Positions 1 through 8,600 of a stretch of DNA of 32,000 nt are shown piece after piece. Position numbers and translations under genes: made by a program. The stretch is from Xylanibacter ruminicola 23 (GTDB lineage Bacteria > Bacteroidota > Bacteroidia > Bacteroidales > Bacteroidaceae). The DNA is taken from NCBI RefSeq assembly GCF_000025925.1, contig NC_014033.1, positions 180,001-212,000 on the forward strand, given 5' to 3'. A model generated the notes under the pieces. It did not search any database and was not told the origin of the DNA. It was given only the letters and a program-made list of their open reading frames with translations. How positions within the stretch are numbered: the first letter of the stretch is position 1; each line of letters starts with the position of its first letter.

Positions 1-8
1 ATTGGGAA

Positions 9-494
9 TTGTCGCAGGAGTGCATCAAAGCCATGTGGAACTCGGATTATTCGGATGCACATATTCTTGCTAAGAGAAAACATCCTGAAGCGCCCGTACT
101 TAGGAGTGGCTATGAAAAAATTAAACCCATGATGGAGAAGGTGAGGCTACGGGAGAAACTGAAACACCAAAAGCACACTACTATGAAAAGAACACGAAAA
201 GCATATATCGACTATATTGAGGCCAGTGATAAGGAGATGGTGTTGTATATTCTGCACGAATATGCTGATAAAACAGATAAGCCCAAGCGGGCCATTATAG
301 GGCAACGTGTACTGATGGATTTGAAAATGAGAAACGATGCCATACCGCATCCGGTATTTACTGACGAGTTTGGTAGCGGGAAAGGTCGTGATAGTAGCTC
401 GTACAGTACTTACCTTAATGTAACAACCGACTATAGCGACGATCCTTTATATAAGAAAATATACAAGAGTTTACTGCCTTATAGGCTAAAATAA
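9..494 (+). CDS. Hypothetical element protein, probably 5'-truncated by the window edge
   Basis: The reading frame stays open back to nt 3. Lys/Arg-rich, no motif recognised. Same strand as the downstream element genes. Confidence 0.5.
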   Translation: MSQECIKAMWNSDYSDAHILAKRKHPEAPVLRSGYEKIKPMMEKVRLREKLKHQKHTTMKRTRKAYIDYIEASDKEMVLYILHEYADKTDKPKRAIIGQRVLMDLKMRNDAIPHPVFTDEFGSGKGRDSSSYSTYLNVTTDYSDDPLYKKIYKSLLPYRLK

Positions 495-496
495 AA

Positions 497-567
497 TCGG
501 AATTTTCGGAACATTCGGATTTGCCGAAAGTCTCGGAAATGTATGCGAGGCCATGTTCGTATTCCGA
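497..567. repeat. Array of TCGGA(A) motifs: four direct copies with 9-nt phasing plus two inverted copies
   Basis: TCGGA at 497, 506, 515 and 533 (spacing 9, 9, 18). Inverted copies CCGAAA at 524-529 and TCCGA at 563-567. The array lies 30-100 nt upstream of the -7 box at 599-606. Confidence 0.7.
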
Positions 568-598
568 GCTTGGCTTCGTTTATTTCTGTAGAACTCTG

Positions 599-606
599 TA
601 TATTTG
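599..606 (+). promoter_or_regulatory. Bacteroidota -7 promoter box TATATTTG upstream of ORF 690-1358
   Basis: Exact match to TAnnTTTG. The -33 element is weak (TTTA at 579-582). Confidence 0.45.
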
Positions 607-689
607 TCCCCGCTGAAGCAAGAACCTAAAAGTATAACCCCGAGGGAGGGATTAGGCCTAAGACTGAACTCATAATTCTTATAAAGGAT

Positions 690-1358
690 ATGAGAAATGA
701 AGAAAAGGAGTATGTATGGCACGATGGTATCAGAATCAACGATGCTCAACTTGTAACTTTAGCCATGAATGCTGGTAGCTATCATGTGGCAGAACATTAT
801 CTGTTGTCGCTGTTGGCCCATGGCGTGATGCACCATTTACCTGACTATATAAATAAGGTAAACCAGGTGCGCGAGTTCTATGGTGTGGCTCCCATACCTG
901 CCCCCAAAAACAACTTTACTGAGGATGCTAAACCTAAAAAGTGTGACATGGGCACCAAGGTGCGCAGGCTGTACCTGAAGATGACGGCTAGCGAACACGA
1001 GGAGTTGCTAAGCCAGTGCCTGCTGGTAATGATGGCAAACTATCCCAAACTGTTTAAGTTTAAGAACCAGTGGCAGGGCATTTATCTGGTGATGAGAGAC
1101 AGATTGGATTACGGATTATCGCAAATGGATTTTCTGGTGATGGCGATTAAGGCCACACCTTCAGGATGGCCTAAACGGCTGCAGATAAGCGAGAGTGTGA
1201 TAAAGAACTTCAGTCATGGCATCAAGATAATGGATGCCGATGATGCTTATTACGAGATGACCGACAATCCGCAACGTGAGCTCTGTGATATATTCTGGGA
1301 GGTGCTGATGCAGCAATTATTGACGGTAAAATACGGAGCCGATACGGAGTTAATCTAA
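690..1358 (+). CDS. Hypothetical element protein (222 aa)
   Basis: Long ORF with an ATG start and an A-rich leader. No recognisable domain. Flanked on both sides by CGGA repeat arrays. Confidence 0.7.
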   Translation: MRNEEKEYVWHDGIRINDAQLVTLAMNAGSYHVAEHYLLSLLAHGVMHHLPDYINKVNQVREFYGVAPIPAPKNNFTEDAKPKKCDMGTKVRRLYLKMTASEHEELLSQCLLVMMANYPKLFKFKNQWQGIYLVMRDRLDYGLSQMDFLVMAIKATPSGWPKRLQISESVIKNFSHGIKIMDADDAYYEMTDNPQRELCDIFWEVLMQQLLTVKYGADTELI

Positions 1359-1399
1359 AAAATACGGAGAAAAATACGGAGTTGATACGGAAATACGGA
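1331..1399. repeat. Iteron-like array: six direct copies of ATACGGA
   Basis: Copies start at 1331, 1342, 1362, 1374, 1385 and 1393 (spacings 11, 20, 12, 11, 8). The array spans the stop codon (1356-1358) of ORF 690-1358 and ends about 30 nt upstream of the -7 box at 1428. Confidence 0.75.
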
Positions 1400-1424
1400 A
1401 TCAACCCGAGAGTAATGCTTAATG

Positions 1425-1462
1425 ATCTACCTTTGCATCGTCGATAAGCGACAAAGGTAGAT
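1425..1462. promoter_or_regulatory. 11-bp-stem palindrome whose two arms each carry a TACCTTTG -7 box. Possible terminator, promoter, or both.
   Basis: ATCTACCTTTG (1425-1435) pairs with CAAAGGTAGAT (1452-1462) across a 16-nt loop and is followed by TTTTT. TACCTTTG at 1428-1435 lies 55 nt before the ATG at 1490. Confidence 0.5.
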
Positions 1463-1489
1463 TTTTAAGTATTAAAATAATAAGAAAAA

Positions 1490-1858
1490 ATGAAGAAAGT
1501 GAAAACAGTATTGAACCCTTGTGGTTTGCGAGTAAAGAAGTGTTGTGCCAGTTGTATCAACAAGTTAGTAGATAACGATGGCATGAGATTGTGCCCCATC
1601 CATAACCTGTTTGTGGAGTCTGGCCATGTGTGCAAAAAGTGGCAGATGGACTACAATACATCGCAGGCAGGCGTGTGCCGAGGTCGCGTTCACAAAAAGG
1701 AATATCTGATGTTTGCACTGGCCATCCGATTAGGTGAGAGTGTTGAGGCATTGAAAGCCAAAAAGCAAGGCAAACCTGAGCCTGAGTCAAGAACGATCGA
1801 GAGCATCAGACGTGAGTATGAAACGGATTATGGTACCACAATTTTACTGGATATATAA
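1490..1858 (+). CDS. Small Cys-rich hypothetical protein (122 aa), possibly zinc-binding
   Basis: ATG start after an A-rich leader. The N-terminal half has clustered Cys/His (C-x7-CC-x2-C ... C-x-H-x8-H-x-C). Confidence 0.65.
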   Translation: MKKVKTVLNPCGLRVKKCCASCINKLVDNDGMRLCPIHNLFVESGHVCKKWQMDYNTSQAGVCRGRVHKKEYLMFALAIRLGESVEALKAKKQGKPEPESRTIESIRREYETDYGTTILLDI

Positions 1859-1862
1859 TATA

Positions 1863-2120
1863 ATGGCAGAGGAATACTTACTTTACGATGTAGATGGTAC
1901 AGCTGCAAAAGTAATGCGCTATGTAAAGCATAGAATAAGTAGTGGCTTGTATGAATACTTGTTGCAAATTCTGTTGCCTTATTCAAGCAGGGTTCAGCAG
2001 GATATGGCAGAAAACATAGTAGATTATGTGAATGATGTGCCAGTGCAGGATATTGGCTATCAGAGCGCAGACGAGGCGCTGGCATACTGCTACCGACTGA
2101 TTGATGAAGAGATTTATTAA
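1863..2120 (+). CDS. Hypothetical element protein (85 aa)
   Basis: First ATG after the stop of the previous gene (1858). The track ORF from 1812 overlaps the upstream CDS and begins with GTG. Confidence 0.55.
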   Translation: MAEEYLLYDVDGTAAKVMRYVKHRISSGLYEYLLQILLPYSSRVQQDMAENIVDYVNDVPVQDIGYQSADEALAYCYRLIDEEIY

Positions 2121-2177
2121 ACAATAGTAACTAACCGAGTCAAATGGGCCCAACGACTCACTAAAAACAAATTGATT

Positions 2178-2492
2178 ATGCGAAAATACATTGAAATCGA
2201 CGAAGAGGTGCTTAAAAGCATCATGGAAGGAACGTATGTGCAGGGCTCGTTGCACTATAATAAGCAGGCCAAGCGTATCGACTTTAACCACTATAAGCGT
2301 AAGAAACGCTTGAAGGATAAGGTAATTGCTATCCTGGAGCACGGCTGGCTGAAAGAGAGCCCTAAGAGAGTGAAGTACTACATCTCACTAAAGAAATCCA
2401 TCGGAACAGCGCGTATGATTGCTGCCATGGAACGTGAAAACCGCGTGGCCAGCAGCCACCTGATGGATCGAGAGATTGTAGATAGAGTTTAA
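2178..2492 (+). CDS. Hypothetical basic element protein (104 aa)
   Basis: ATG at 2178; the track start at 2172 is a TTG. Lys/Arg-rich. Confidence 0.55.
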   Translation: MRKYIEIDEEVLKSIMEGTYVQGSLHYNKQAKRIDFNHYKRKKRLKDKVIAILEHGWLKESPKRVKYYISLKKSIGTARMIAAMERENRVASSHLMDREIVDRV

Positions 2493-2509
2493 CTTAAAAA
2501 TTGGAATAT

Positions 2510-2953
2510 ATGGAAAAGAAACTGTATAAAGAAGTAAAGAAACTTGGATACAAGGTAATTGACTTTTATTGTCATTGGAGTTTCTATCGTCGTAAGAAAG
2601 ATAAGTCGATTATGCTGACTGCCCGTAAAGGTGACCTGTTGGCACGCGACATCTTTAGACTGATAATTGACAATGTTGAGCCAGATGCTGAAGGCCTGGT
2701 AATAGCCATGATTGGCATTATGCAGAGCTATAATTACCTGAAACTTGCGTTGCCTATGACTACTGGCAAGGAGGCACAGAAGCTGATAGAAGATTTTGAT
2801 AAATTATTCTATGGTGATTCATGGCGATGGGTAAAGCACGACCACATGCAGATAGGTTATGATTTCTTTTTTGGTGGTCACAAAGTTGATGGCGACAGAT
2901 TTAAAGAAACAATCGACAATATGCTTGCCCACGAAGATAGTAATAACGAATAA
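2510..2953 (+). CDS. Hypothetical element protein (147 aa)
   Basis: ATG at 2510; the track start at 2501 is a TTG. Ends 13 nt before the primase gene. Confidence 0.6.
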   Translation: MEKKLYKEVKKLGYKVIDFYCHWSFYRRKKDKSIMLTARKGDLLARDIFRLIIDNVEPDAEGLVIAMIGIMQSYNYLKLALPMTTGKEAQKLIEDFDKLFYGDSWRWVKHDHMQIGYDFFFGGHKVDGDRFKETIDNMLAHEDSNNE

Positions 2954-2966
2954 AAAAGGAGGTTGA

Positions 2967-5444
2967 ATGAGTTTTTGTTATCAGAAGAATTTCAGTAATC
3001 CTACTTTGCCCGTTGACGAAGCGCAGTTTTATGCGCTCGTCAGGGCAGGGAAATGGAACGAAAACATTGATAAGTTCAGAGAAACGGGCGATGCCAGTCT
3101 AAAGCGTAAACTGCCTGCGTTTATCTTCCAGGCTACGTTTGATGCAACAACATCGAAGGCTGGTAAAACAGGTGCCTGGCGCAAACAGGCTGCCACCCTG
3201 TTAACGGGACTTGTGGTAATGGATATCGATCACGTGGAAGACCCCAAAGGGGTGTTCGACAAATGGGGATTAGGCACGGATGAACACGGCTTTATAAATA
3301 AAGACGCGGCTAGGAGAATACTTTTGGTGTATATCACACCCAGCGGTAAGGGATTGAAAGTTGTGTTTAAGGCTGATGCTGCGGTAGGTAATCTCATCGA
3401 CAACCAGCACCGGATGGCTGAAATCCTGGGTGTTGAGGTTGACGAAAGTTGCAAGGACGCATCACGCATGTCGTTCATCTGCAAGGAATCGGATATATTA
3501 TACATTGATAAAGAACTGTTTACGTATGAGAACAAAGAATTTGCCGAGAAATACAATGCTGAGTATAGGGCTGGTCACAGTGGTGTTACTCAAACTGATA
3601 CTGTGGCCCACCAAGATGGCCAGCAAGCAGCTGAGCAGAGTGGGGACGTGGATAATCATGAAGTGGAAATAAAGTGGAGGGATTATGATATACAGTGTAT
3701 TATTGATAAGCGCTATAGCGCAAAGCTGCCCTGTGCAGCCGACAGCAACCGACACAACGAAAGTCTTAAACTGGCAAGCGACCTGCTGGTGCTGTTTGAT
3801 GGCGACCGAAAGCTGGTGCAGCGGATACTTGAACGACAATCGTGGGTGCAGGAGATTATCGAGGAGCGCGACGAGAATGTGGCACAGACGGTGGCATCGG
3901 CAGCAGAACGCATGGCGGATCGCGAAAAGAAGTACCTTACCCAATGCCCTTCAAAGGCTATGCAAGAGGCAATTAGCCAAGCGTGCGGCCAAACATGGAA
4001 ACAGATTACGCAGGGCGAAACGACAGACACCGCCACCATAGGTGAGGAAGAGATTGAGCAGTGGCTGTGGGATTGGGGTGAGAAGATAGAGGCGCTGTTC
4101 CCTTATTATCCTGCGCTGCAGGATGCCTGCAAGGGTCTTAAGCGCAATCAGTACCCTGCGGCCTTGATAGTATCTGGAGCCCTGATGATGACGTTGATGA
4201 CACGCTGCACGTATCGCTTTTATCATCGCCCCTCGAAGCTGCGCCGCCTGAATGCCTCGGCATTGATTATCGGCGATCCTGCCAGTGGTAAGAGTTTCGC
4301 TACCCGCCTGTACGAGTTCCTGGCAGCCCCCATCGTGGCAGCTGATAAAGCAGGTAAGGACACCATCAACCGCTATCGCGAGGAGATGAAAACCAAGGGG
4401 GCTAACAAGGAGAAGCCTAAGAAACCTAAGGTAGTGGTACGTGTTCACCCCTCGCGAACCAGTAACGCCCAGTTTATCCAAGACATGGTGAATGCTGTGG
4501 AGAATGTTGATGGCACGGATATGCAGCTGCACATGTTGACGTTTGATACCGAGCTGGATAATACCCTGAGTGTACAGAAGGGTGGCAGCTGGATTGACAA
4601 GCAGAACCTGGAGCTGAAAGCTTTCCACAACGAGGAGGATGGTCAGGCGTACTCGAACATGGATTCTATCATGCAGGATTTTAACGTGACGTGGAACTAC
4701 GTTTATACCGGCACGCCCATCGCCTTGAAAAAGAAGGTGAACGAACAGAACTTCGGTTCTGGATTGGCAACCCGATTAACCTGCATCCCTCTGCCCAGCA
4801 CGCACTTTGAAATGATGGACCTTGATGAAGAAGTGGATGAGGACAGCGACAACCGCCTACTGGAATGGGCCAAGAAGTTGGATAAGACCAAGGGCGAACT
4901 ATCCATTAAACGCATTGTTCGAACGATGTACGACTGGACGGCACGTCGCATGGCCGATGCCAAGGACAATGAGAGCAAGGCCGATGAGATGCTGTTGAAA
5001 CGTTGTGCCTACCATGGCATTAACTACTCGGCACCCTTTATCGTGATGCGCCACTGGGGCGACTTGCACCAAGAGGGTGACTACTGGTGCGGTGAGTTTG
5101 AGACAGACGAGATTGACGACCAGTTGGCTGAGTTAATCGTAAACATCCAGTTTGCCTGTCAGCGCCACTACTTCGGATCATTAGCTGAGAAGTATTTCGA
5201 CGACAAGTTGCGTGATGCATCAACCAATCGTCGCCATCATCAGCGAACCATCGAGGAGTACAATCGACTGGCTGAAGAGTTTACGATTGATGATGTAGCG
5301 AACAATTTCCACATAAATATCAATGCAGCTCGTATGCGCGTTAAGCGCTTACTGAAAGATGGTGCTGTAGAGAAGTGTGGTGAATATACTGAGAATGGCA
5401 CATGCAAACATCGTTATAGAAAAAAGGCCGTGCTGGTATTCTAA
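2967..5444 (+). CDS. Primase-helicase-type replication protein: VirE/BT4734-like (AEP superfamily) N-terminal domain fused to a P-loop NTPase
   Basis: N-terminal motifs LVVMDIDH (nt ~3213-3236), ITPSGKGLKVVF and ASRMSFIC resemble the primase/VirE_N family. Walker A GDPASGKS is encoded at 4272-4295, with a Walker-B-like LHMLTFDTELD downstream. Confidence 0.8.
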   Translation: MSFCYQKNFSNPTLPVDEAQFYALVRAGKWNENIDKFRETGDASLKRKLPAFIFQATFDATTSKAGKTGAWRKQAATLLTGLVVMDIDHVEDPKGVFDKWGLGTDEHGFINKDAARRILLVYITPSGKGLKVVFKADAAVGNLIDNQHRMAEILGVEVDESCKDASRMSFICKESDILYIDKELFTYENKEFAEKYNAEYRAGHSGVTQTDTVAHQDGQQAAEQSGDVDNHEVEIKWRDYDIQCIIDKRYSAKLPCAADSNRHNESLKLASDLLVLFDGDRKLVQRILERQSWVQEIIEERDENVAQTVASAAERMADREKKYLTQCPSKAMQEAISQACGQTWKQITQGETTDTATIGEEEIEQWLWDWGEKIEALFPYYPALQDACKGLKRNQYPAALIVSGALMMTLMTRCTYRFYHRPSKLRRLNASALIIGDPASGKSFATRLYEFLAAPIVAADKAGKDTINRYREEMKTKGANKEKPKKPKVVVRVHPSRTSNAQFIQDMVNAVENVDGTDMQLHMLTFDTELDNTLSVQKGGSWIDKQNLELKAFHNEEDGQAYSNMDSIMQDFNVTWNYVYTGTPIALKKKVNEQNFGSGLATRLTCIPLPSTHFEMMDLDEEVDEDSDNRLLEWAKKLDKTKGELSIKRIVRTMYDWTARRMADAKDNESKADEMLLKRCAYHGINYSAPFIVMRHWGDLHQEGDYWCGEFETDEIDDQLAELIVNIQFACQRHYFGSLAEKYFDDKLRDASTNRRHHQRTIEEYNRLAEEFTIDDVANNFHININAARMRVKRLLKDGAVEKCGEYTENGTCKHRYRKKAVLVF

Positions 5445-5446
5445 GA

Positions 5447-5506
5447 TTGGTACATTGGTACAATGGTACATTTTAAACATTAAACATTGAACATTAAACA
5501 TTAAAG
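5447..5506. repeat. Composite tandem array: 3 x (T/A)TGGTACA octads followed by 4-5 x TTRAACA heptads (AACATT family)
   Basis: Read directly from the sequence. It fills the whole spacer between the primase stop (5444) and the peptidase ATG (5510). Confidence 0.85.
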
Positions 5507-5509
5507 AGT

Positions 5510-5962
5510 ATGGAACAGATAGTACAGTTAAACAGTAAAGCAAACCTCTCCCAGCACTTCACGCTGGGGGAGTTCACCAGGAGCAAGTATCCTGAGGTGT
5601 ATAACATCCCTAGCCATGAGGCTATCGCTAACCTTAAGCGATTGTGTGAGTGGTTGGAAGTATTGAGGGAGAAAGCCTCACATCCTATTATCATCAACTC
5701 AGGTTATCGATCACCGCAGTTCAATCGTAAGGTTGGTGGAGCTCCCACCAGTAATCACATAACAGGCTGTGCGGTAGATATTCGCACATCTGGGTATGAA
5801 CAGGCCATCTGCTATGCGGCCATCATTATCGATTATGCTAAAGAGAGTAATCAGGACTATGATGAGCTGCTAATAGAGAAGAACCGTTATGGTGCCGTGT
5901 GGTTGCACTTTGCAGTGAGACCGAAAGATAATCGACGTAAGGTTGCATTTATTATTGTTTAA
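5510..5962 (+). CDS. Peptidase M15A family (zinc D-Ala-D-Ala carboxypeptidase-like) cell-wall hydrolase, phage-lysin type
   Basis: SGYRSPQFNRKVGGAPTSNHITGCAVDI contains the H-x6-D metal motif. The distal His lies in WLHFAV. Size (150 aa) is typical of the family. Confidence 0.85.
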   Translation: MEQIVQLNSKANLSQHFTLGEFTRSKYPEVYNIPSHEAIANLKRLCEWLEVLREKASHPIIINSGYRSPQFNRKVGGAPTSNHITGCAVDIRTSGYEQAICYAAIIIDYAKESNQDYDELLIEKNRYGAVWLHFAVRPKDNRRKVAFIIV

Positions 5963-5968
5963 AACAAT

Positions 5969-5996
5969 AATCCCCGCTCAGTGATGGGCGGGGATT
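5969..5996. terminator. Bidirectional intrinsic terminator between the convergent M15 peptidase and GH94 genes
   Basis: AATCCCCGC (5969-5977) pairs with GCGGGGATT (5988-5996) across a 10-nt loop. It is preceded by the 10+1+10 palindrome ATTATTGTTT-A-AAACAATAAT (5951-5971) that includes the stop codon. Confidence 0.7.
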
Positions 5997-6023
5997 GGTT
6001 TGGATAGATGTATGTAATCCTGA

Positions 6024-8465
6024 TTACATAGTAACCTCGACTACGTGCTTGCCAGCAGAGTAGGGGATAACGGTGCCATCAACGGGCTGGCCATCGAGGG
6101 TGATGGCTTTAACACCCTTCTGGGCGCCGTTTGGATGGATGGTAATCTCGTACTCGGCATCGCGGAACTTACGCTGTACGGTGTAGTCGGTTGCTGTCTG
6201 TGGCAGACAGGGATCGATGCGGATACCATCGTAGTCGGGCTTGATACCCAGGATGAACTCTGATACGGTGTACCACATCCAAGCTGCAGTACCTGTGAGC
6301 CATGAGTTCTTACCCTCGCCTGGCTTAAAGGCATCCTTACCGGCTACCATCTGGCAGTTAACGTATGGCTCAACCTTGTGCAGGGTCTGGTACTTCTCCT
6401 CGACGTATGAGGGGAGAATCTTTGCGTAGTGGCTCCAGGCATCGTTACCGCGGCCTGCCAAGCACTCGCCGATGATGACCCAAGGATTGTTGTGGCAGAA
6501 GATACCAGCATTCTCCTTGTAGCCCTCGGGGTATGATGAGATTTCGCCGTACTCGTAGATATACTTGGTGAAGGCGGGGTTGTTAAGCACCATACCGTGC
6601 TCGCACTCGAGGTATTTCTTACAAGAGTCGAGACTCTTGGCAACCATACCTTCCTGAGCGCCAATCTCGGCCATGGTACACCAGCCCTGGCTCTCGATGA
6701 AGATCTTAGCCTCGTCGCACTCGTTGCTACCAATCTTGTTACCATAGAAATCGTAAGCACGCAGATACCACTCGCCATCCCAGCCGTGCTTCTTCACAGC
6801 CTCGATCATAGCGTCGATAGCCTTCTGCATGCGCTCGGCCTCCTGGGTCTTACCCAGTTTCTGGCACAGGGCAACGTAATCCTTACCTGTTACTACGAAC
6901 AGGCCGGCAATCATGAGGCTCTCGGCCTTGGTGCCCTCGGATACGTTCTCGGTGGTCTGGAAGCTCTCGTTTGGATCCCATGAGAAGCAGTTGAGGTTCA
7001 AGCAGTCGTTCCAATCGGCACGGCCGATGAGTGGCAGCATGTGAGGACCGAGGTTGTTGATAACGTGATCCATCGAAATCTTGAGGTGCTCGAAGAGGGT
7101 TACCTCAGAGCCTGGCTGATTGTCGAATGGTACCATCTCGTCGAGGATTGAGAAGTCGCCTGTTTCCTTGATGTAAGCCACGGTACCGAAGATGAGCCAG
7201 CAGGGATCGTCGTTGAATCCACCGCCGATATCGTTGTTACCGCGCTTGGTGAGGGGCTGATACTGGTGATAGCAGCCGCCATCGGGGAACTGGGTTGAGG
7301 CAATATCGATGATGCGCTGACGGGCGCGTGATGGAATCTGGTGTACAAAGCCTACGAGGTCCTGGTTAGAATCGCGGAAGCCCATGCCACGGCCGATACC
7401 ACTCTCGAAGAACGAAGCCGAACGAGAGAAGTTGAAGGTTACCATGCACTGGTACTGGTTCCAGATGTTAACCATGCGGTCGAGCTTATCGTTGCCTGTA
7501 CGTACATTATATATATTAAGGAGGGCATCCCAATACTCGCACAACTCGGCGAAGGCCTTATCCACCTTCTCGGTGGTGTCGAGCTCGGCAATGAGCGCAT
7601 GCGCCTTGTCCTTGTTGATGACCTGAGGGGCAGAAAATTTCTTGTCCTGTTCGTTCTCGATGTAACCCAGCAGGAACACGAAATCCTTGCTTTCGCCTGG
7701 CTGCAGGGTTACCTCGATGTAATGCGAGGCGATGGGGCTCCAACCATGGGCGTGGCTGTTGCGGGGCTTGCCCTCGATCACTACCTGGGGATCGGCAAAC
7801 TCGTTATAGAGACCTACGAAGGTTTCACGATCGGTATCAAAGCCCTGGATAGGGGTGTTTACATGGTAGAACGCATAATGGTTGCGACGCTCACGGTACT
7901 CGGTCTTGTGATAGATGGTGCTACCCTCGATCTCGACTTCGCCAGTAGAGAAGTTGCGCTGGAAATTCTCCATATCGGTAGCAGCATTCCACAGGCACCA
8001 CTCCTCGAACGAGAATAATTTGAGGTTCTTAACCTCGTTGCTCTGGTTGGTGAGTGTGAGCTTCTGTACCTCGGCCCATTTTTTGAGGGGAACGAAGAAC
8101 AGCACGCTGGCCTCGACGCCGTTTTTACGACCAGTGACACGGGTGTAGCTCATACCATGACGGCACTCGTAGAAATCGAGTGGAGTTTTGCAGGGCTTCC
8201 ATCCTGGGTTCCAAACGGTGTCGCCATCCTTGATATAAAAGTATCGGCCACCATTGTCCATTGGTACATTATTGTAACGATAACGAGTGATACGGCGGAA
8301 CTTGGCATCCTTGTAGAATGAGTAACCACCGGCGGTATTAGAAATTAAAGAGAAAAAATCCTCGTTGCCCAGATAGTTAATCCAGGGCCAAGGAGTCTGC
8401 GGGTCGGTAATCACGTACTCGCGGTGCTGGTCGTCGAAATGACCGTAGCGTTTCTGTTGTTCCAT
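6024..8465 (-). CDS. GH94 family disaccharide phosphorylase (cellobiose/chitobiose/laminaribiose phosphorylase-like), 813 aa
   Basis: Full-length resemblance to cellobiose phosphorylases in N-terminus ([23 protein letters not shown]), length and the absence of a signal peptide. Substrate cannot be assigned from sequence alone. Confidence 0.9.
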   Translation of the reverse strand: MEQQKRYGHFDDQHREYVITDPQTPWPWINYLGNEDFFSLISNTAGGYSFYKDAKFRRITRYRYNNVPMDNGGRYFYIKDGDTVWNPGWKPCKTPLDFYECRHGMSYTRVTGRKNGVEASVLFFVPLKKWAEVQKLTLTNQSNEVKNLKLFSFEEWCLWNAATDMENFQRNFSTGEVEIEGSTIYHKTEYRERRNHYAFYHVNTPIQGFDTDRETFVGLYNEFADPQVVIEGKPRNSHAHGWSPIASHYIEVTLQPGESKDFVFLLGYIENEQDKKFSAPQVINKDKAHALIAELDTTEKVDKAFAELCEYWDALLNIYNVRTGNDKLDRMVNIWNQYQCMVTFNFSRSASFFESGIGRGMGFRDSNQDLVGFVHQIPSRARQRIIDIASTQFPDGGCYHQYQPLTKRGNNDIGGGFNDDPCWLIFGTVAYIKETGDFSILDEMVPFDNQPGSEVTLFEHLKISMDHVINNLGPHMLPLIGRADWNDCLNLNCFSWDPNESFQTTENVSEGTKAESLMIAGLFVVTGKDYVALCQKLGKTQEAERMQKAIDAMIEAVKKHGWDGEWYLRAYDFYGNKIGSNECDEAKIFIESQGWCTMAEIGAQEGMVAKSLDSCKKYLECEHGMVLNNPAFTKYIYEYGEISSYPEGYKENAGIFCHNNPWVIIGECLAGRGNDAWSHYAKILPSYVEEKYQTLHKVEPYVNCQMVAGKDAFKPGEGKNSWLTGTAAWMWYTVSEFILGIKPDYDGIRIDPCLPQTATDYTVQRKFRDAEYEITIHPNGAQKGVKAITLDGQPVDGTVIPYSAGKHVVEVTM

Positions 8466-8512
8466 GATGCGAAAAATATTTTATTAACGATAGTAATCAA
8501 TAATTGCGGATG

Positions 8513-8520
8513 CAAAGTTA
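8513..8520 (-). promoter_or_regulatory. -7 box TAACTTTG (minus strand) for the GH94 gene
   Basis: The reverse complement of CAAAGTTA matches TAnnTTTG. ATTG lies 19 nt upstream on the same strand. The box is about 48 nt before the ATG. Confidence 0.5.
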
Positions 8521-8600
8521 CGAAATTTGCACAAACGTACAATAGTTGGAGCAACTTAGCGCAAGAATTGAGCATAAAATACCATATATTTTGAAAAAAA

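Larger units (their letters stand above)
1..5962 (+). mobile_element. Right-hand ~6 kb of an integrated phage/satellite-like element (orphan small ORFs, primase-helicase, M15A peptidase). The left end lies outside the window.
   Basis: Eight tightly packed co-oriented ORFs, most without recognisable families. The recognisable ones are an AEP-type primase fused to a P-loop NTPase and a phage-lysin-type M15A peptidase. Iteron-like repeat arrays are present. Content changes abruptly to core metabolism after the terminator at 5969-5996. No integrase or att site is visible in the window. Confidence 0.55.

Noticed and set aside
3230-5223. Overlapping ORFs of 61-225 aa on both strands inside the primase-helicase gene (for example 3951-4628 minus, 3685-4041 plus)
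   Set aside because: They are nested in a long CDS carrying clear primase and Walker A motifs. The alternative frames are Arg/Cys/Leu-rich with no supporting signals.
5963-6023. tRNA or tmRNA gene as the integration target at the right edge of the mobile element
   Set aside because: The gap is only 61 nt and is fully accounted for by a terminator hairpin and a second small hairpin. No cloverleaf-compatible sequence appears here or in any other intergenic region of the window.
6045-8148. Several plus-strand ORFs of 62-225 aa (for example 7341-8018, 6597-6983), and out-of-frame minus-strand ORFs, within the GH94 gene
   Set aside because: All are nested in or antisense to the 813-aa GH94 CDS, whose translation is coherent end to end. 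The alternatives are Ala/Leu/Gly/Val-rich shadow frames.
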